Source: Patescibacteria group bacterium (GTDB lineage: Bacteria; Patescibacteriota; Microgenomatia; Levybacterales; UBA12049). Taken from it: a DNA stretch of 64,000 bases. This document shows, in pieces, positions 8,939-18,378 of the stretch (its first letter is position 1; the number at the start of each line of letters is the position of its first letter). The position numbers and the translations under genes are program-made. The DNA lies in assembly GCA_023484045.1 (NCBI GenBank), contig JAMDAA010000035.1:10966-74965 (forward strand), written 5' to 3'. A model generated the notes under the pieces. It was not told where the DNA came from, did not search any database, and saw only the letters and a program-made list of their open reading frames with translations.

Positions 8939-11575
8939 ATGAAAGAGGTTTTTAGGCCAACGCCCGAATTGACAAACAAGGCTCCGGTGCAATATTCTAG
9001 AACTGGAGATATTTTTATGGGGGAAAACAGTGGAGAAAAAAATCCTTCTGGACAGAACAATGCAGCTGAACAAGTCAAGACCCCAACCTCTCAGCAGCTT
9101 ATTGCTGGACTAGAATCTATGCACCCGGAAAATTGGGGGTTAAGAGAATCATTTATTCGAGGAAGAAAACAACTAGGTCCGGAATCGATTGTGGATCGAT
9201 TGGATCCGGTTGCTGCCTCAATTCTATCGATCGATCCCACAGGATTTCATGAAGATCCGATTGTAAATGCGATCAATTATTTACAGCTAGAAGCCAGAAA
9301 GGGGAGAGTCGATTTATCTACTTTAAGGGAAATCCGCGAACCGATTTTAAAAGATTTTCTCAGTCCTGATCGAAAAATAAGTTCTGCGGAGGCGACTGAG
9401 TTTTTAAGTAGGACAAGAGACATATTAACCTTGGCGCAAGGAATAAAAGAGCTGGAAGAAGAGGAAGAAAAAAAGGCCGAGGAGGGGAGAAAAAAAGCAG
9501 AAAGAGTAACTGAAGAAGAGAAACTTAAGGATTCAGAAGTGATCGAAAGACTATTTCAGGAAAACATGTTGCGGATTGAACAGCGTGAAATGACTACTCA
9601 AAGCCAGGCGTGGTTTGAAGAAACAACCATGATTAATAAGTTAATAAACTTGGCAGAAGATCTTGGAGATAAAGACCCGGGAGGTAAATTACGTCAACGG
9701 TTAGTCGCACAAAAAAACGTGCGCTTTGCCCTTCACGACATCAATTTCTATGCGCGGGCAGGAATCAAGGAAAATTTTCCCCACATGAGTGAGGCAGCAA
9801 ACCAAATCAATACAGAACATTTTTATTTGGTACACGCCTTGCCTGGCGTAGCGCCAGTTATGCGTATTTTTGAAGAAGAGTATTCTAAGGCAATCCAACA
9901 AACAGGAAGAATTACAGATATCGAGGTCCAAAAAGTCCGTGCCGATGTAGAAAAAAGGTTTAATACGGTAGCTACGATGTACGGTTTAACAGAGCCTCAG
10001 GCGAAAACAGCTTTTAGACTCGGAGAAAACCTATTTAATACTAAAACTCGTTTAGCAGTTTATATATCGCGTGGCGAGATTCCGCAAAATTTGGAGTATC
10101 TACGCACAGATCCTTGGAGTGAATTTGTGCGTTTATATTCTGCTTATGAATTTGAAGTTGGCAAATGGAGATCAATACCAGAAAGCGCAAAAGACTTCGC
10201 CCGATTTTTAGGTAAAACAGCCTTCGACAAAATTCTCAGTGTCCCCGATCACGATTCTTCAATATGGAGAACTTTTGGAATAATCGAAGGATTAAATCAA
10301 AAAGGATATTACAAGTGGGGTCTTTTTATGAGGTTAAAATTTGCTTATAAAGACAAAAAAGCCTTATACGGCGAGGATGGAAAATCGGGCGAAGATCGAA
10401 AAAAAATGGAGAAAAGAGCGGATGAATTAAGGGATGAAATTGTCCAGGATTTTTTGAAAGGAGGAGCATCAAGAGAAGAAGCGGACAAAATGGGAGACAG
10501 AAGAGTCGCGGGATACTGGAAAGACATGCAAAAAGAAATAGATACTAAAACGCATATGGGCAAAACTGGAGAAACCGGGGAGCCTCAACTTAAACAAGTT
10601 TTTAGAGAAGATATTCTTAAGGAAATTAATCATTATATGCCCGAAGAATTAGCGCGGGCATATTGGGGAGATGAGCAATTAGCGAATGTAATTAAAGAAT
10701 GCGGAGGGGCGGAAGTGTTCGGTGAATTATGCAACGAATTAACCCGGATTCGAGAAGAGGAATTAAGAGATGAAAAAGAAAGAGTAAAAGGTCTTAGCGC
10801 TGAGGATCGTGAAAAAAGACAAGACAATTATCAAAATTTTGACAGTAAGGTTACTCATCTTAAGCCAGAGCTTCGTAATCTTTATGCAAGGCTTCATGAT
10901 TTTTTTGAAGAAATAGATGGAAAAGATGGAAAAGGAAGAACAAGAATACAGATTCTCACAGATGAAGATGCAATTATTGGCGGAAGAAAAAATCCTTTGT
11001 ATGACAAAATTTGGTCTGAAAAAGACATGCCATTTGAAGAATTAGAAGATACTATAACACCTGGCTTTGTCGGCCATAAAACATTGGGAAGAAATTATAA
11101 TGATCATGCTGCAGCATTTGGTACCTTAGAAATACTTGAAGAGCTCGCAAAAAATCCAACAAATTTGGAAAATTTACAAAAACTCCACGGAACATTTTCA
11201 AAGTGGCTCGGTTTGGAAACTGAAGAAAAATTAATCGCCCAAATCGCAGAGTCCGTATTAAAATATCATGCCCAAGATGAAGCTTTTAGGCATTTAATGC
11301 CTGGAATTTCAAATCTTCTTGGCTGGGTCATAAGAGGTGGTTCTTCACCTGCGCGAAGAAGATTGGGGAAAAAAGGAGCACAATGGGATTCAGGAACATT
11401 AAATGATCAAATAAATGAAATGCAGGCAAAAGGGTTATTGAGCAAGGAAAAGGCAGATGAACTACGGCAAAAATTGCACATTGTATTTGGTTTTAGGATT
11501 CTACCCTTAGTTCAATTATTTATACTTACTATGGTTTTTGAGATTATCTACAGCCAGGGTCCCCAGAAGAAATAA
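8939..11575 (+). CDS. Large helical hypothetical protein with C-terminal membrane anchor
   Basis: 878-aa ORF, charged and helical, hydrophobic C-terminus. Start may be 9017. Confidence 0.7.
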   Translation: MKEVFRPTPELTNKAPVQYSRTGDIFMGENSGEKNPSGQNNAAEQVKTPTSQQLIAGLESMHPENWGLRESFIRGRKQLGPESIVDRLDPVAASILSIDPTGFHEDPIVNAINYLQLEARKGRVDLSTLREIREPILKDFLSPDRKISSAEATEFLSRTRDILTLAQGIKELEEEEEKKAEEGRKKAERVTEEEKLKDSEVIERLFQENMLRIEQREMTTQSQAWFEETTMINKLINLAEDLGDKDPGGKLRQRLVAQKNVRFALHDINFYARAGIKENFPHMSEAANQINTEHFYLVHALPGVAPVMRIFEEEYSKAIQQTGRITDIEVQKVRADVEKRFNTVATMYGLTEPQAKTAFRLGENLFNTKTRLAVYISRGEIPQNLEYLRTDPWSEFVRLYSAYEFEVGKWRSIPESAKDFARFLGKTAFDKILSVPDHDSSIWRTFGIIEGLNQKGYYKWGLFMRLKFAYKDKKALYGEDGKSGEDRKKMEKRADELRDEIVQDFLKGGASREEADKMGDRRVAGYWKDMQKEIDTKTHMGKTGETGEPQLKQVFREDILKEINHYMPEELARAYWGDEQLANVIKECGGAEVFGELCNELTRIREEELRDEKERVKGLSAEDREKRQDNYQNFDSKVTHLKPELRNLYARLHDFFEEIDGKDGKGRTRIQILTDEDAIIGGRKNPLYDKIWSEKDMPFEELEDTITPGFVGHKTLGRNYNDHAAAFGTLEILEELAKNPTNLENLQKLHGTFSKWLGLETEEKLIAQIAESVLKYHAQDEAFRHLMPGISNLLGWVIRGGSSPARRRLGKKGAQWDSGTLNDQINEMQAKGLLSKEKADELRQKLHIVFGFRILPLVQLFILTMVFEIIYSQGPQKK

Positions 11576-11605
11576 GTTATTAATTATAATTTTAGCTAAA
11601 AACTC

Positions 11606-13291
11606 CTATTGAAACCGAAATATTTGTCGGGCAGCACCCCACATGCCTGCTTTTTGAGTTGGGTTACCCGGTAAAGGAGTTCGAGACGCAGCAACTGCTT
11701 TCCCAGAACCACTAATTGCTCCTGTTCCAACCCCGAGCGCAGTAACAATCGGAGAAAGATCAACTTTAGGCGGCTTTAAGACTTGTTGCATATAAGTTAC
11801 TACACGTGGTGTAAGAAGTATAAATCCCATTCCGATTAAAGAACCGATTGGACCTACTTCTCCTCCAGTTGGATTTCCGATAAGCGGAGGTACAAACAAT
11901 GAACTATTTTTGTTAAAAATATTCATCATCGTGTTTCCTAATAATAGCATTGCAATTGTGGTAGGAAATGCTAATAGGTAAGAAAGCATGTAACGTAGCC
12001 AGCTTACAAACCCTCTTCCTCCGACAGCCGGGATAATCCCGGCTACGATCCAAAAAGGCGAGAGGGTAATACCGATTAGTATGGCGACATAAGCCATAAC
12101 AAGTTTAAACCAAAGTCTAAAAAGGGCCCAAAGGATCGCGATAAAAACAATAAGGAATACTAGCAAATAAGGGAGACCAAGTCTTAATGTAGATTGAGCG
12201 AGTCCATAAGAAACTAAACCCGCAGAGATACCGACCCCGGCTGAAATTAAAGGGGTTCCTATCATGCTCGATACTTTTGCCCCAGTTCCAATTCCGATAG
12301 ATGTACTAGCTATGTCGATTAACCAATTAAAAACATTATTTTTTAAACCACTTAATCCAGCAAATCCCTTCAGAAAATTAATAAATTCTGAGGGGCCCAA
12401 AAATGATATGACATTTTGATTTATGTCAAAAATCTTCCCCACAACCGCCGTAGCTGAACTGGCAATATTATTTGCCATTCCGGAAATATTTCCAATATTA
12501 GTTACACCTGGTCCATTACTAGTTCCACCAACAGCTTCTAAAACATTTCTCCCTTGTAAAATTGTTGGATTTAAATTGCTTACATCTATAGCTAAATTAG
12601 CGTTCGAGAATACCCCAAAAGTTAAATACATAAGTATCCACATAAGATCAATCAAAAACCCTGCAATAGCGAAGGAGAATGTAACCATGATGACACCGAT
12701 AATGATTCGCGGGATCTGGTTTTGTATAGTCATTACGGTTCGGGGATCAATTTTAACCCTCAACATTATCATTAATCCTATTATGATAAATATAAGTATA
12801 AAGACGAAATAAACCATATTTCGAAATATAACCCATAATTGCATTAACGGTTTTATGCTATCGAGACCAGTCGATGCATATACGGGTTTTGCGAGGCCAA
12901 AATTACGCGCCAAATAATTAAAATAATCACTTGTATGTATTGGTGGGGTATAAAGCGTTGCGATCATGTTCCCCATAACTCCGATCGCGCCTCCGCCGTT
13001 TTCGACAAAGCCGATTTTCCCAGTTTTTTGATCCACGCCTAAACACTTTTGATTTGGATTTACCGGATCGACACCTGTTAACTGACAAGTCATGGCAGAC
13101 ATAACTTCGATCATCGCATTTTGTGTCCAGGTATGAAGATTTTGGGGAATATCAGGATTAGTGTTAGGAGCAGCATATTGATTTTGTTGGTGTGTTTGTG
13201 ATTGGGCATATGACGGCGTGATAGAAAATAGAAGATAGAAAATAGAAGATAGAAAGAAAAGAGCGACGATATGGACAGTTTGTTTAAACAT
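11606..13291 (-). CDS. VirB6/TrbL-like polytopic membrane protein
   Basis: LWVIFRNMVY...GLMIMLRVKIDPRTVMTIQNQIPRIIIG...FSFAIAGFLIDL, many TM helices. Confidence 0.7.
   Translation of the reverse strand: MFKQTVHIVALFFLSSIFYLLFSITPSYAQSQTHQQNQYAAPNTNPDIPQNLHTWTQNAMIEVMSAMTCQLTGVDPVNPNQKCLGVDQKTGKIGFVENGGGAIGVMGNMIATLYTPPIHTSDYFNYLARNFGLAKPVYASTGLDSIKPLMQLWVIFRNMVYFVFILIFIIIGLMIMLRVKIDPRTVMTIQNQIPRIIIGVIMVTFSFAIAGFLIDLMWILMYLTFGVFSNANLAIDVSNLNPTILQGRNVLEAVGGTSNGPGVTNIGNISGMANNIASSATAVVGKIFDINQNVISFLGPSEFINFLKGFAGLSGLKNNVFNWLIDIASTSIGIGTGAKVSSMIGTPLISAGVGISAGLVSYGLAQSTLRLGLPYLLVFLIVFIAILWALFRLWFKLVMAYVAILIGITLSPFWIVAGIIPAVGGRGFVSWLRYMLSYLLAFPTTIAMLLLGNTMMNIFNKNSSLFVPPLIGNPTGGEVGPIGSLIGMGFILLTPRVVTYMQQVLKPPKVDLSPIVTALGVGTGAISGSGKAVAASRTPLPGNPTQKAGMWGAARQIFRFQ
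13221..13255. repeat. ATAGAAR x5 heptamer run encoding part of a signal peptide (LSSIFYLLFSI)
   Basis: ATAGAAA ATAGAAG ATAGAAA ATAGAAG ATAGAAA. Confidence 0.85.
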
Positions 13292-13301
13292 TATCTAGTC
13301 G

Positions 13302-13331
13302 TCTCGCTAAGCGAGATCTTGCTCCACAAGA
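13302..13331. repeat. 30-bp twin-hairpin REP-like element
   Basis: TCTCGC-TAA-GCGAGA TCTTGC-TCC-ACAAGA. Confidence 0.7.
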
Positions 13332-13497
13332 CTAATATTAGTTTGATCTATTTATAAAATCTTGTCAAGCAGTCCTTCGCTCTAAGGCTTTGCGATTTGA
13401 AGCACGCTTTCGCGAATCTATGCGGACTTGTCCGCCGAAGGTCGCCCAGAATAATTTAATTTATCTTTGTTTTTAACTCTAACTTTCATGGGTGAAT

Positions 13498-13529
13498 GTC
13501 GCCGTCGCTAAAGCTATGGCGACCGAAGG
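13498..13529. repeat. GCTAAAGCT-loop REP-like hairpin at tRNA 3' end
   Basis: GTCGCC GTCGCTAAAGCTAT GGCGAC; same loop as 46879-46908. Confidence 0.7.
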
Positions 13530-13616
13530 CGGAGGGAGGGAGATTCGAACTCCCGGTAAAGTTTCCTCTACACACGATTTCCAATCGTGCTCCTTAAACC
13601 ACTCAGACATCCCTCC
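13530..13616 (-). tRNA. tRNA-Ser(GGA)
   Basis: Cloverleaf with anticodon arm CACGA-TTGGAAA-TCGTG and a long variable arm. Confidence 0.95.
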
Positions 13617-13624
13617 TAGATTTA

Positions 13625-13871
13625 TTATAGTCCTAGTCTATTAAATAGAATTTCTTTTTGTTGACCTTTTTTCTTCAGTTCTAATTCTCTTTTCCTAGTT
13701 AAAGTGTAATTGCCGTAAGCTTCATAATAGACCAAATCAAAAGGTTTGTAAGATTTTGTTGAACGAACTCTTCCAGAGTTATGCTCGTTAAATCTATTTA
13801 CTAAATTTTTTGTTGATCCAATATAGTGCCAATTTTTATTTTTTGCTTTTGATTAAATATAGATAATACAC
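13625..13871 (-). pseudogene. GIY-YIG nuclease, frameshifted in an A6 run
   Basis: MYYLYLIKSK/NKNWHYIGSTKNLVNRFNEHNSG...RELELKK. One extra base at 13839-13844. Confidence 0.8.
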
Positions 13872-13877
13872 AAACGA

Positions 13878-14357
13878 CTATTTTTTTGCTTTCAACCTAC
13901 GGTTGATCGCCCGCAGGGCGACTTGCCAGACTTGTTTATCTGATTTATAAGTCAGTCTTTTTTCGACTTCATGAATATCGAGCCATTCTACGTTTTCCAT
14001 TTCGTGATCGTGATTTTTCGTATCGCCGGACACGTACTGCATTAAAAAATAATACACGGTTTTTTTTATTTTCTCTTGCCCTGAGCCTGTCGAAGGGTTC
14101 CCCTCAAATTGATACCAATACGTAACCGCCGGTAACTCTTTTTCTATTTTCCCCAAAATTCCTGTTTCTTCCTCGACTTCCCGAACCGCGGCTTCTTCCT
14201 TTGTCTCTTTTTTCTCTTGCCCTGAGCCTGTCGAAGGGCCGATTAGTCCTTTCGGAAAAACCCAGCCGTGATGTTGTGAATGTTGCGCTACAAGAATCAA
14301 AATTTTGTTATTTTCTCTTTTATGGACTATTCCTCCGGCTGAAAATTCAAATTTCAT
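13878..14357 (-). CDS. NUDIX hydrolase with three REP-derived insertions
   Basis: Nudix box G...E..EAAVREVEEETG. Start reassigned to MKFEFSAGG because the upstream part overlaps a tRNA. Confidence 0.9.
   Translation of the reverse strand: MKFEFSAGGIVHKRENNKILILVAQHSQHHGWVFPKGLIGPSTGSGQEKKETKEEAAVREVEEETGILGKIEKELPAVTYWYQFEGNPSTGSGQEKIKKTVYYFLMQYVSGDTKNHDHEMENVEWLDIHEVEKRLTYKSDKQVWQVALRAINRRLKAKK
13892..13921. repeat. 30-bp twin-hairpin element in the NUDIX C-terminus
   Basis: TCAACC-TAC-GGTTGA TCGCCC-GCA-GGGCGA. Confidence 0.75.
14075..14238 (-). repeat. Two identical CCCTTCGACAGGCTCAGGGCAAG elements (14075-14097, 14216-14238), each encoding PSTGSGQ
   Basis: Direct sequence identity. Confidence 0.9.
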
Positions 14358-14366
14358 AATTTTTTG

Positions 14367-14439
14367 CGTCCTCGAGAGGAATCGAACCTCCAACCATTAG
14401 GTTCGGAACCTAACGTTCTATCCATTGAACTACGAGGAC
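14367..14439 (-). tRNA. tRNA-Arg(CCG)
   Basis: Anticodon arm TTAGG-TTCCGAA-CCTAA; GTTCGATTC T arm. Confidence 0.95.
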
Positions 14440-14501
14440 ACTTCGTTGTACGCTCAGTGTAAACAAATATTATCAATGCTTGCCCTGAGCAAAGCGAAGG
14501 G
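14439..14501. repeat. Inverted REP doublet at tRNA-Ser(CGA) 3' end
   Basis: CACTTCG..CTCAGTGTAAAC (+) and CTTGCCCTGAGCAAAGCGAAGGG (-). Confidence 0.8.
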
Positions 14502-14586
14502 CGGAGGGTACAGGATTCGAACCTGTGTAGGCCTTTCGGCCTCGAGTTTTCGAAACTCGTGCAATTGTCCGCTATGCGAACCCTCC
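14502..14586 (-). tRNA. tRNA-Ser(CGA)
   Basis: CGAGT-TTCGAAA-ACTCG with a long variable arm. Confidence 0.95.
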
Positions 14587-14588
14587 TG

Positions 14589-14662
14589 CGTGCCTGGCGA
14601 GACTCGGACTCGCAACCTTTAGATCCGCAATCTAATGCTCTATCCAATTAAGCTACAGGCAC
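14589..14662 (-). tRNA. tRNA-Arg(GCG)
   Basis: TTAGA-TTGCGGA-TCTAA anticodon arm; acceptor stem GTGCCTG/CAGGCAC. Confidence 0.9.
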
Positions 14663-14671
14663 ATTTGTTCC

Positions 14672-14730
14672 AACCGTCTATCCATTGTCCGCTAAAGCGA
14701 GATCTCGCCTCTGGCGGAAACTACGGGCAC
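14672..14730 (-). pseudogene. tRNA-Arg-like 5' fragment interrupted by a 31-bp palindromic element
   Basis: GTGCCCGTAGTT[TCCGCCAGAGGCGAGATCTCGCTTTAGCGGA]CAATGGATAGA. Confidence 0.75.
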
Positions 14731-14772
14731 AAATCAATTTGTATTTTAGCCGATTACAGTCTTTGAAGCAAA

Positions 14773-15300
14773 TTATTTAGACGCGGCGTGGGTTTTTTCA
14801 AGGGGAAAATTGCGCGTAAGCCAATCTCCGGATTTTTCCATAAAGGTCGGTTTTATTACTTCGCGGTAGGGAAGAAAGGGTAAAAGAACAGATCTGATAT
14901 GGTCTTTACTTATATCCCCAAGCGTAATAATAAGCTCTCCCGGCAAAAAAGCGCGAGTCCTGATATGTAAAACTTCGATCCCGTGAATTTTTCTAAAATA
15001 AAAATCATAAAGCTCCTGCCATAAATAAAAATGATCTTCAACGGTTACCCCCTCGCTACTTATTCTGTAATGGAAATTATACGGAGGGACAGTTGCCAGG
15101 GCAAAAGCGACAAAAACAAGTGACGCGACGATTCCCATTAATAAATATTGTGAGAATAAGAACAAAATGACTTCGATAACGAGCGCGAGTAAAATTACGT
15201 TTATATAATACTCCTTGCCTCTTTTTCTAAACGGTCTTCCCGGCGCAGACCAGGATAAAAGCGTTTTTACTTGATTCGGGGAAAAATCAGCATTCTCCAT
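14773..15300 (-). CDS. Conserved CPR membrane protein (2 TM + PH-like domain)
   Basis: LSWSAPGRPFRKR, 2 TM helices, YLWQELYDF. Confidence 0.7.
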   Translation of the reverse strand: MENADFSPNQVKTLLSWSAPGRPFRKRGKEYYINVILLALVIEVILFLFSQYLLMGIVASLVFVAFALATVPPYNFHYRISSEGVTVEDHFYLWQELYDFYFRKIHGIEVLHIRTRAFLPGELIITLGDISKDHIRSVLLPFLPYREVIKPTFMEKSGDWLTRNFPLEKTHAASK

Positions 15301-15327
15301 ACATTTACTGTAGATGATTAAAATGTT

Positions 15328-15900
15328 TTAGTCAATGTTTTTTGTTTTCGAAATCAACATTAAATATTCTGTGTTTCCGCCTTTTTCGCCTTTTAACGGA
15401 GACTCTGTTATTCCTTTAATTTCGATCGGTAAATTAGCTAGATCGTTTTTCACTTTTTCGAGCGTGTTTTCTAAAAATTCGTCTTTGACTTTACCTTTTT
15501 TCCGCCATATGTTTTCGGCTTCGTACTGGGGTTTTACGAGTGAAATTATAATTCCGTCGTCTTTTAGAAATTCAAGACTTTTTGGAATTATTAATTTTTG
15601 TTGTGTCCAGCCGACATCGACCGAAATAAAATCGACTTTTTCGGGAAGGTCAGTATATAAAGCATTTGTGCGTTCCATTACGATAACACGCGGATCATTT
15701 CTGAGTTTCCACGCTAATTCGCCGTACGCAGTATCGATCGCGTAAACTTTTTTTGCGCCGTTTTGCAAAAGACAATCCGTAAACCCGCCGGTCGAACATC
15801 CCAAATCCGCGCAGATTTTATCTTTTACATCAACATTAAATTCTCTTAAAGCGTGCTCAAGTTTTAGTCCCGCTCGTGACGCAAATTTGTTTTCGTCCAT
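15328..15900 (-). CDS. tlyA: TlyA-family RNA methyltransferase (no S4 domain)
   Basis: ASRAGLKL, DLGCSTGGFTDCLLQNGA, LVKPQYE, GNTEY. Start reassigned to 15900. Confidence 0.88.
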   Translation of the reverse strand: MDENKFASRAGLKLEHALREFNVDVKDKICADLGCSTGGFTDCLLQNGAKKVYAIDTAYGELAWKLRNDPRVIVMERTNALYTDLPEKVDFISVDVGWTQQKLIIPKSLEFLKDDGIIISLVKPQYEAENIWRKKGKVKDEFLENTLEKVKNDLANLPIEIKGITESPLKGEKGGNTEYLMLISKTKNID

Positions 15901-15958
15901 AGTTCTAATAATATCAGAAAAGATTGCAAAAATAGGAAAAAGGGATATAATCACATTT

Positions 15959-16825
15959 ATGGCAGCAGTTGCAGAGATTTTTGAGCCCTCAAGAATCGAC
16001 GTCGACACTGTTAGTTCCGGAATATTTAAAAGAAATCTTAGAAGAGCAGGTCATTTTACCCACGAAAATTTAAAAAAAGTTCTCCCGCTTGATCTTGTTG
16101 AGGAAACAGTCAGGGAGAGATCATTAAGGGTGCCTCTGCGATTTTTTAAAGCAAGCAAAGAAGAATTCGGAACCAGCGCGTTTTTTGAAGTGGCGGGAAG
16201 ATTTTTGTTTCCGCTCCAAGCCGGAACAGTATATTTTCTATATAGAACGATGGGAGATCTTCCCTTAAGCTCAAGATTGGAGATTCTCGTAGCGGCGACG
16301 GTCGCAGGCGAAGTCTCTACATACTTTGCAGAAAAGTATGCACTCGATCATGGGATATCGGCAAGCCTAAGAACACTCACAACCTACAAAAATTCAATAT
16401 CTGAAAAAGATGAGAAAGGGAATTTCGTGGAGAAAAACCTAGGTGAAGAAGAAAAAGAAGGAAAAAAACGCGTTGCAATATTTTCTTCAAAAACACTAGG
16501 TTTTTTAACAAGTTTCCCGGCATTAATAAATGCCGGAGCTGGGATTATGGGACCTTCAGGAGCTACAGAGTACTTAATTTACAGCCAGCTTGCGGGAAGA
16601 TGTGTTGGTACTCCCTTTTGGCTGGCTGCTCATCTGATAGCTGCAAATAAAGACGAGATAAAAGCGTTTGGGAAAAAGGCTATTAAAGAGATAAAAGAGA
16701 TGCCCGAAAATGTAAGAGCAGCTTCACAAAGAATCAGGAAGGACCTAGCGCCTGCAGTTTTGGACTCTCCGGGAAAAATTAAGGATACAATCGCGCGCGA
16801 AGGAGTTATTTTTCAAAGAGACTAG
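15959..16825 (+). CDS. Hypothetical membrane protein
   Basis: Long ORF with hydrophobic segments; start follows a TATAAT box. Confidence 0.65.
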   Translation: MAAVAEIFEPSRIDVDTVSSGIFKRNLRRAGHFTHENLKKVLPLDLVEETVRERSLRVPLRFFKASKEEFGTSAFFEVAGRFLFPLQAGTVYFLYRTMGDLPLSSRLEILVAATVAGEVSTYFAEKYALDHGISASLRTLTTYKNSISEKDEKGNFVEKNLGEEEKEGKKRVAIFSSKTLGFLTSFPALINAGAGIMGPSGATEYLIYSQLAGRCVGTPFWLAAHLIAANKDEIKAFGKKAIKEIKEMPENVRAASQRIRKDLAPAVLDSPGKIKDTIAREGVIFQRD

Positions 16826-16965
16826 CGCTTGCAACTTCAAATATCTCTTCTTCGATGCCTATTTAGTTTTGGTATCAGAACTATGATGTAGCAAGGTTGT
16901 TTATTGATACGTATTGATCTACTTGACTGATAATATTTTAAGAGACTATAAATTAATTAATTGCC

Positions 16966-17937
16966 ATGAAACATCGTCTGCCCGTGTTTCTGTTTGTATT
17001 TTTAATTCCTGTTGCTGCTTTTTTCTTATTCTTTCGATTTGAAACGAAAAACGCCTCAGCGGCAAATGCCACTCATTTGGTAATTTCGGAAATACAAGTC
17101 GCCGGAGCTTCATCTTCTCAGGATTTTATCGAGCTTTATAATCCGACGTCGTCAGAGATTAGTTTAGATGGATATAGATTGGTCAAGAGGACAAGTGCGA
17201 GTGCCACAGACTCAAGTATCATGGTTTTTGCGTCTGATGAAATTATTCCCGCTCACGGTTTTTATCTGTGGTGTAATTCGAGTTTAACTGCAAGTTTTGG
17301 ATGTGACAGAAATACGGGCGCTAGCATTGCTAATAACAACAGCATCGGTTTACGTAATGGTCCCGCAAATACAGGGACAGTGGTCGATGCGGTTACTTTT
17401 GGATCTGTAACAAACGCGCTCGGAGAGGGGATATCTCTTACTGCTCCTGTTGCGAGTACGAGTGTTGAAAGAAAAGCGAGTCCTACTTCAGATTCTGCGA
17501 GTATGGCAGTCGGAGGGTCTGATGAATTTATGGGAAACGGGGAAGATACAGATAATAACGCTTCGGATTTTGTAATAAGAACTATGCCTCAGCCCCAAAA
17601 TAGCAAGTCGGCCGTTGAGCCAGCTTTAACATCAACAGAGAGTCCGACCGGAACAATTACGCCAACTGTTACTCCGATAATTACAGAAACACCCACGGAA
17701 ACTCCGACAGAAACTCCAGCTGCAACACCAACGATCGGGATAACAATAACGCCGACTCCTACATTAATTCCCACAATTACACCTTCCCCCAAACCGACGC
17801 CGATTTTGCATAACCCGTTTGTTATTAAACTTCCAAACTCGATATTAGTCTGCGGCTTCCGTTATATAAAAGTTCCGATACTGTGGGGCATGATGCGTAT
17901 GCCAAGATTTACATGCTTCTTTGTGCGCCTCAAATAG
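16966..17937 (+). CDS. Secreted lamin-tail-domain protein with PT-rich linker
   Basis: HLVISEI...DFIELYNPT...DTDNNASDF. Confidence 0.85.
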   Translation: MKHRLPVFLFVFLIPVAAFFLFFRFETKNASAANATHLVISEIQVAGASSSQDFIELYNPTSSEISLDGYRLVKRTSASATDSSIMVFASDEIIPAHGFYLWCNSSLTASFGCDRNTGASIANNNSIGLRNGPANTGTVVDAVTFGSVTNALGEGISLTAPVASTSVERKASPTSDSASMAVGGSDEFMGNGEDTDNNASDFVIRTMPQPQNSKSAVEPALTSTESPTGTITPTVTPIITETPTETPTETPAATPTIGITITPTPTLIPTITPSPKPTPILHNPFVIKLPNSILVCGFRYIKVPILWGMMRMPRFTCFFVRLK

Positions 17938-17940
17938 TTC

Positions 17941-18360
17941 TTATTTTACGCCAGAGAGCATGACAACGCCTAAAAATATTATTATCGTTCCAATTACCCC
18001 GATTATATTAGGAAATTGGCGGTACAATACAGAACTAAGGATTAACGCGATAACAATACTAAAAGCCTGAACGCTTCTGGCATACCCGACATTGGAAGTT
18101 AATTTATACGCATAAAAAATTGAGAGATCCGCAATAGCCGCAAGGATGGAAACAATTATTAGGAGCGATGAGTTTTTTATATCTGGGATTGTAATTTTGG
18201 TAGTAAGCAAAGAAACGACCCATAAAATAATAGCAACGATACTGTAATACCAAGCCATCGCTAATTGGGGAGGAACTTTTTGTTGGATAGTTTTAAGGAA
18301 TAGTGGGATTATCCCAAATCCGATCGCAGAAACTAAAGATAATATAAACCAATTATTCAT
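17941..18360 (-). CDS. EamA/DMT-family small transporter
   Basis: Five TM helices. Start reassigned to MNNWF because the upstream extension is REP/tRNA-derived. Confidence 0.75.
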   Translation of the reverse strand: MNNWFILSLVSAIGFGIIPLFLKTIQQKVPPQLAMAWYYSIVAIILWVVSLLTTKITIPDIKNSSLLIIVSILAAIADLSIFYAYKLTSNVGYARSVQAFSIVIALILSSVLYRQFPNIIGVIGTIIIFLGVVMLSGVK

Positions 18361-18378
18361 AAATATATTAAGAAAATA

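Noticed and set aside
1..13291. Conjugative element/ICE
   Set aside because: No relaxase, integrase or att boundaries. VirB4/VirB6/VirD4/pilin homologues are typical chromosomal CPR genes, and virD4 lies 36 kb away.
14354..14647. ORFs 14354-14647 and 14425-14622
   Set aside because: They are readings through tRNA genes and REPs.
15887..16008. Head-to-head overlap of tlyA and the + strand gene
   Set aside because: Better starts at 15900 and 15959, each with a -10 box, remove the overlap.
17630..17800. PT/TP-rich repeats (also 5490-5550 and 25440-25550)
   Set aside because: Ordinary Pro/Thr linkers with 6- or 12-nt codon periodicity, unrelated to the heptamer arms.
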